The notes below the pieces were generated by a model. That model had not been told where the DNA came from. It made no database searches and worked only from the letters and a program-made list of their open reading frames with translations. The position numbers and the translations under genes were made by a program. From Candidatus Nomurabacteria bacterium (GTDB lineage: Bacteria > Patescibacteriota > Minisyncoccia > Phycocordibacterales > SBAW01), in NCBI GenBank assembly GCA_943356495.1, contig CALRFF010000002.1:165875-229874 (forward strand): 64,000 bases of DNA. Direction: 5' to 3'. Of this stretch, positions 59,200 through 64,000 are shown one piece after another; within the stretch, counting starts at the first letter, position 1; every line of letters starts with the position of its first letter.

Positions 59200-59901
59200 A
59201 TGCCGGCACGCACCATCGGCGCATCGACCGGTTGTTTTTGGAAGCTGGGCGCATCACTGTCGGAGTCGTTGCGCGGATTGAGAGAGAAGGGTATTACCGC
59301 CGTGGAGTTGCACCTTGACGCAGGCTTCGACACTGTAACGCAGGGAGACCTGTCGGGATTTTCGTATATAAGCGTGCATGCCCCGAAACACGATTACAGA
59401 AACAATGCGGAAACACGCGAGCTGCTCGGTCGCATTGCCGCTCTGCATGCGCGGGCGCCGCTGAGTCTAGTGCTCTTTCATCCCGATGTTGTGGCGGAAT
59501 CCGATATGCTTGAAGGTTTGCCGTTTCCTATCGGATTTGAAAACATGGACAGTCGCAAGAGTATGGGCCAGCAGCCCGAAGATCTCCGCCCGCTACTGGA
59601 GCGTTTTCCCGAGTCAAAGTTTGTCTTTGATGTTAACCACATTATGACCAACGACCCGACTATGGCGCTTGCGGAAGAGTTTTACCGCGTGTGGGGTCAT
59701 CGGCTCGGGCAGGTCCACATCAGCGGTTTTGGCGGATTTGCCGACGGCCAGGACCATGTCCCCCTGTTTAAGACAAAACAAACCGAAATTATCAAGGCTG
59801 CCGCGCGGGCTCGTGCTCCGTTTATTATAGAAAGCGCGTTGAGCTTGTTTGACGATATAGTACAAGAATCCGCGTACATTAACGAAGTACTGGCAACATG
59901 A
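59200..59901 (+). CDS. AP endonuclease 2/xylose isomerase-like TIM barrel protein
   Basis: SVHAP, FHP, FENMD, FDVNH, VHISG, H..L, IIE metal-ligand pattern. Confidence 0.7.
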   Translation: MPARTIGASTGCFWKLGASLSESLRGLREKGITAVELHLDAGFDTVTQGDLSGFSYISVHAPKHDYRNNAETRELLGRIAALHARAPLSLVLFHPDVVAESDMLEGLPFPIGFENMDSRKSMGQQPEDLRPLLERFPESKFVFDVNHIMTNDPTMALAEEFYRVWGHRLGQVHISGFGGFADGQDHVPLFKTKQTEIIKAAARARAPFIIESALSLFDDIVQESAYINEVLAT

Positions 59902-60317
59902 CCCCCAGAGAAACAGCGGGTGGTGTGGTATTGGGCCCCGATGGTCGTATCGTGCTGGTTAACCAAGGGAGCAACGTGTGGTCCTTGCCCAAAGGCGGTG
60001 TGGACGAGGGCGAGTCGCTTGCCGATGCGGCGCGCCGCGAGGTAACCGAAGAATGCGGGCTTACCGACCTTACGTTGCGTAAAGAGCTTGGCTCATACTC
60101 CCGCTACCGCACCGGCAAGGGCGGCATCGGCGAGGTTACGACCGAGCCTATAAAACACATCACTATATTTTTGTTTACCACCGCGCAGACGGCTCTTGTC
60201 CGCCAAGAGGGCGAGACCGTGGAGGTGCGCTGGGCCACTGTTGATGAAGCTACTGAGATGCTTACCCACCCTAAAGACAAAGAGTTCCTCCGTTCCGTAC
60301 GCGGTATAATCGGGTAA
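59898..60317 (+). CDS. NUDIX hydrolase
   Basis: PKGGVDEGESLADAARREVTEECG Nudix box. Confidence 0.92.
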   Translation: MTPRETAGGVVLGPDGRIVLVNQGSNVWSLPKGGVDEGESLADAARREVTEECGLTDLTLRKELGSYSRYRTGKGGIGEVTTEPIKHITIFLFTTAQTALVRQEGETVEVRWATVDEATEMLTHPKDKEFLRSVRGIIG

Positions 60318-61033
60318 TGCTTTCCTTGACGCTTATATTCGGAGCGTTTGCCGCCGGTATATTGATGTTTCTTGCGCCGTGCACGCTCCCTATTGTACCG
60401 GGGTACTTGGCGTTTATAGCGGGGGAGCGCAAGCGGGTCATGCGCAACGCACTGGCATTTGTGCTCGGGTTTTCTGTGGTGTTTATAGTGCTCGGCGCGT
60501 CTGCGGGACTTTTCGGTATTATTGTCGGACCGTGGCGCTATGCGCTCGGGCAACTCGGTGGGGCGCTTATTATACTCTTCGGGCTTACGATGCTGGGGCT
60601 GCTGCGCATACCTTTCCTTAGCGGCGAGCGGCATATCAAACTGCCGAAGTATATTACCGTCGGCAACCCTTCGAGCTCGCTCCTTATCGGCGTTCTTTTT
60701 GCGCTCGGGTGGAGCCCGTGCATCGGGCCGATACTGGGCACGATACTGTTTTTTGCATCTTCTTCGGCCACCGCCCTTTCGGGCGCACTGCTGCTCACGG
60801 TCTTTAGCGCGGGGCTTGCATTGCCGTTTATCCTTACGGCACTACTGTTGTCGCATGCGCAGAGTATCGTGGTGCACGCGGGCAAAGTGTCGCGGGTCCT
60901 TTCGGTCGTGGGGGGTATCTTTTTAATACTCATCGGTACCGCTATGCTTTTGGGCATGCAAGGACAATTGGTTGCGTGGGCGTACGGAGCACTCGATGTT
61001 GTGGGGTATGACCGATTGCTCAACTACTTGTAA
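60317..61033 (+). CDS. ccdA: CcdA/DsbD-type transmembrane disulfide transporter
   Basis: FLAPCTLPIVPGY and GWSPCIGPIL motifs. Confidence 0.85.
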   Translation: MLSLTLIFGAFAAGILMFLAPCTLPIVPGYLAFIAGERKRVMRNALAFVLGFSVVFIVLGASAGLFGIIVGPWRYALGQLGGALIILFGLTMLGLLRIPFLSGERHIKLPKYITVGNPSSSLLIGVLFALGWSPCIGPILGTILFFASSSATALSGALLLTVFSAGLALPFILTALLLSHAQSIVVHAGKVSRVLSVVGGIFLILIGTAMLLGMQGQLVAWAYGALDVVGYDRLLNYL

Positions 61034-61050
61034 TAGACTACAGTGTCTGT

Positions 61051-61188
61051 ATGCCGTGGATCGAGATAGCCGTCATCATCGTCGTGGGATTTCTAGCCTT
61101 AAAGTTTTTGGTTAAGCCTTTATTTAAAGTTATCGCGATAGCGGTGATTGGATTTTTTGTATGGCGTTTGTTGATGAACTTTCTATAG
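61051..61188 (+). CDS. 45-aa small membrane protein (MPWIEIAVIIVVGFLALKFLVKPLFKVIAIAVIGFFVWRLLMNFL)
   Basis: Two hydrophobic segments; TACAGT 6 nt upstream of ATG; overlaps the obgE start. Confidence 0.55.
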   Translation: MPWIEIAVIIVVGFLALKFLVKPLFKVIAIAVIGFFVWRLLMNFL

Positions 61189-62138
61189 ACGCGCGTGCCG
61201 GCAAGGGCGGCGACGGTGTGGTGCGCTGGCTCCACCTTAAGGGCAAGGAGTACTCGGGCCCCGCGGGGGGTAACGGCGGCAACGGCGGCGATGTATATAT
61301 CCGCGGGGTGCGCGACATTGCGCTCCTTGGCCGCTACCGCGGCGAAAAAAACTTTAAAGCCGGCGACGGCGACGACGGCCAAAGTTACAGCATGGACGGC
61401 AAGCAAGGCAAAGATTTAATTATCGACCTGCCGGTAGGCTCGGTGGTGGAAAACAAAACCACCGGCGAACTCTTTGAGCTCCTTACCGAAGGCGAGCCCA
61501 AAATGATTTTAAAAGGCGGCCGCGGCGGCGCGGGCAACGTGGTGTTTAAGTCCTCCGTTAATACGGCTCCTACCGAATGTACGCCGGGGGCCATGGGGGA
61601 GTCAGCGCCGTTGCATATAGAGTTGCGGCTTATAGCCGACGCGGGATTTGTCGGGCTCCCCAACGCGGGCAAGACGTCGCTTCTTAACGCGCTTACTAAT
61701 GCCGCTGCGAAAGTGGGTGCCTATGCTTTTACTACCCTTGACCCAAATCTTGGAGTATTGCCCGGTGGGTACATACTTGCCGACATCCCCGGCCTTATCG
61801 AAGGGGCCTCGGAAGGGAAGGGTCTTGGCTCTAAGTTCCTCCGCCACGTCTCCCGCACCCGCGAATTAATACACTGCGTTTCGCTCGAATCCGAGAATCC
61901 GGCCGAGGATTATCGGGTAGTACGGGCAGAACTGGAGCAATTCTCGGCAGAATTGGCTCAAAAACCCGAGATTATCGTATTAACGAAGTCGGATACCCGA
62001 GAACCACCGGCTATTAAGGAGATACAGGCATTGTTTAAAAAAGACAAAAAAGAAACTTTGGTGGTAAGTGTTATAGATGACGCATCGGTCAAAGCTTTAC
62101 GCGACCGGTTGGCGGCACTGTTGAGCAAGAGCGTCTAG
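61161..62138 (+). CDS. obgE: GTPase ObgE/CgtA
   Basis: FVDE, Gly-rich Obg fold, GLPNAGKT, YAFTTL.P, DIPGLIEGA, TKSD. Confidence 0.95.
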   Translation: MAFVDELSIDARAGKGGDGVVRWLHLKGKEYSGPAGGNGGNGGDVYIRGVRDIALLGRYRGEKNFKAGDGDDGQSYSMDGKQGKDLIIDLPVGSVVENKTTGELFELLTEGEPKMILKGGRGGAGNVVFKSSVNTAPTECTPGAMGESAPLHIELRLIADAGFVGLPNAGKTSLLNALTNAAAKVGAYAFTTLDPNLGVLPGGYILADIPGLIEGASEGKGLGSKFLRHVSRTRELIHCVSLESENPAEDYRVVRAELEQFSAELAQKPEIIVLTKSDTREPPAIKEIQALFKKDKKETLVVSVIDDASVKALRDRLAALLSKSV

Positions 62139-62156
62139 CGCGGTATCCTACTCTAC

Positions 62157-63539
62157 ATGTCCGAGTATCGCCTGACCGTTGGCCTCGAGGTCCATGCCGA
62201 GTTGCGCACGGAGACCAAAATGTTTTGTGCCTGCCGCAATGCGCCCGATGAGCGCGCGCCCAATGTGCACGTGTGCCCGGTATGCTTGGCGCACCCCGGC
62301 ACCTTGCCGGTTATCAACAAACAAGCGGTGCATAACGTGCTCCGCATGGGCGTTGCCATGGACGGCACGCTCGCCGACTACACGGAGTTTGACCGTAAAA
62401 ATTATTTTTACCCCGACATACCCAAGGGCTACCAGATAAGTCAGTATCAACATCCGCTTGTGCGCGGCGGTACGCTTGCGGGCGTTGCGCTTACGCGCGT
62501 GCACCTCGAGGAGGACACCGCCCGTTCGCAACATACCCTTGGTAAGGGCACAAGCGAGGGAGAAAAAAGTTTAGTCGACTACAACCGTGCCGGCGTGCCG
62601 CTCCTCGAGCTGGTGACCGAGCCGGTGATACATAGTGCCGAAGACGCGGGCCGGTTTGCCCGCGAACTGCAGCTGCTGTTGCGATCGGTCGGGGCAGGGG
62701 AAGCCAATATGGAAAAGGGCGAAATGCGCCTAGAGGCAAATATTTCAGTATCAAAGGACGGCACGCTCGGTACAAAGGTAGAGGTCAAAAATATTAATTC
62801 CTTCCGCTCGGTAGAACGGGCTATTGCGTTTGAGGCGGCACGGCAAAGTGCCGCACTGGAGAAGGGGGAAGTGATAGTGCAGGAAACGCGCGGATGGGAC
62901 GAGGCCGCTCAAAAAACATTCTCCCAGCGCAAAAAAGAAAGCAGTCACGACTACCGCTATTTTCCCGACCCCGATTTGCCTAAGCTCGTACTCTCCGAGT
63001 TGCCCGAATGTTCTGCCGCCGCGTTGCGCGCAGGTTTGCCCGAGTTGCCCGCCGCAAAGCGCGCTCGCTTGCAAGCGTTGGGTATCCTGCAAAACCAAGA
63101 CATCGCGCAGCTGGTGGAAGACGCCGTATTGTCCGATTTTTTCAGCAAGGTGGAAACAGAGCTTGATACGCCGGAATTGCTTAAGACAGCGGCCAATTTC
63201 ATACTTAACGACATTGCCGGAGAGCGAAAAAAGAATCCGGATTGGATGCCGCAGGCTGCTCATGTTGTTGCGGTAGTACGCGCGTACCAGAGCGGCGCGC
63301 TGGCGTCTCCGCAAGCAAAAAGTTCTATCTTAAGCGGTACTATGGCGTCAGTAACTGCCGCAGAAACGCTACCCGCGCTGGTCGCCGGTATTATTGACGC
63401 GCACCCGCAGGTCGTCGCCGACTATAAAGCGGGGAAGGGGGCGGCACTCCAATTCCTTATAGGGCAAGGCATGAAAGAGAGTAAAGGCTCGGCTAATCCC
63501 CAGGCCTTGCGCGAGGCTATACAAAAAATTCTCGGATAG
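62157..63539 (+). CDS. gatB: Asp/Glu-tRNA amidotransferase subunit B
   Basis: GLEVHAEL, FDRKNYFYPD, HLEED, DYNRAGVPLLE, VEVKN, YRYFPDPDL. Confidence 0.96.
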   Translation: MSEYRLTVGLEVHAELRTETKMFCACRNAPDERAPNVHVCPVCLAHPGTLPVINKQAVHNVLRMGVAMDGTLADYTEFDRKNYFYPDIPKGYQISQYQHPLVRGGTLAGVALTRVHLEEDTARSQHTLGKGTSEGEKSLVDYNRAGVPLLELVTEPVIHSAEDAGRFARELQLLLRSVGAGEANMEKGEMRLEANISVSKDGTLGTKVEVKNINSFRSVERAIAFEAARQSAALEKGEVIVQETRGWDEAAQKTFSQRKKESSHDYRYFPDPDLPKLVLSELPECSAAALRAGLPELPAAKRARLQALGILQNQDIAQLVEDAVLSDFFSKVETELDTPELLKTAANFILNDIAGERKKNPDWMPQAAHVVAVVRAYQSGALASPQAKSSILSGTMASVTAAETLPALVAGIIDAHPQVVADYKAGKGAALQFLIGQGMKESKGSANPQALREAIQKILG

Positions 63540-63554
63540 GAGTATACTGTCCGC

Positions 63555-64000
63555 ATGGACGAACTCCAGATATCGGGCAAGCGATTTATCTCGTCGCGCC
63601 GCGTTGCAAAAGAAAACGGCTATCACACCGACTATATCGGCCAACTGATACGTGGCGGAAAAATCAAAGGTCAAAAAGTCGGCCGGGCGTGGTATGTCGA
63701 GGCGTCGTCGCTTGCCGAGTTTTTGGGTACCGAAAGTGCTCCTGCGTTGGTCGAGGCTTCGGTAGAGCAAGTCCCCGAGGTTCCGGCCGCTCCTGTGGTG
63801 CAGACGCCGAGTATGGTGGAGCAAGCCGAGAAGAAAGAGATTACTGTTCCGGTTGCAGAAAAAATAGAAGAAGTAAAAGTCGAGATAGCGGCAGAACCGA
63901 TACCGGAGACAAAGGTTGTAATTAACAAGGAAGAAAAAAAAGTTCTCCCGCATATCTCGGCAGGACTTAAGTATCTTGCCGACGACGAGCCTCTATTGCC
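63555..64000 (+). CDS. Hypothetical protein with N-terminal excisionase/HTH_17-like domain (3'-truncated)
   Basis: MDELQISGKRFISSRRVAKENGYHTDYIGQLIRGGKIKGQKVGRAWYV; TATACT 6 nt upstream; Glu/Pro-rich linker. Confidence 0.7.
   Translation, partial: MDELQISGKRFISSRRVAKENGYHTDYIGQLIRGGKIKGQKVGRAWYVEASSLAEFLGTESAPALVEASVEQVPEVPAAPVVQTPSMVEQAEKKEITVPVAEKIEEVKVEIAAEPIPETKVVINKEEKKVLPHISAGLKYLADDEPLL

Overview
This 64-kb window looks like chromosome of a CPR/Patescibacteria (Parcubacteria/OD1-like) bacterium. That assignment rests on the 16S signatures, the streamlined genes and an orphan VirD4-like ATPase; TGA is used as stop. It carries housekeeping genes (folD, secD, secF, rsmI, mpl/murC-like, murB, secA, ccdA-like, obgE, gatB), a 16S rRNA gene with no 23S downstream, tRNA-Ile(GAT) and tRNA-Leu(CAG), two fasciclin proteins and a VirD4-like/ComEA pair. 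A ~37-kb surface-glycan locus (17.9-55.2 kb) holds 7 GT4s, a GT2, a flippase, methyltransferases, a carbamoyltransferase, gmd, rfbB, two NeuA and two NeuB, three TagF-like paralogs and an O-antigen-ligase/TPR protein. The most striking pattern concerns translation. The 16S 3' end lacks the anti-Shine-Dalgarno sequence, and most core genes appear leaderless (TANNNT 6-9 nt before ATG) or translationally coupled. In contrast, a scattered set of stand-alone, divergent genes has strong SD sites, often full -35/-10 promoters, and in the cases inspected a different codon style. Also seen are short palindromes inserted in frame in unrelated proteins, unannotated micro-ORFs and candidate small RNAs. 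All product calls come from motif recognition by eye; no database search was run.
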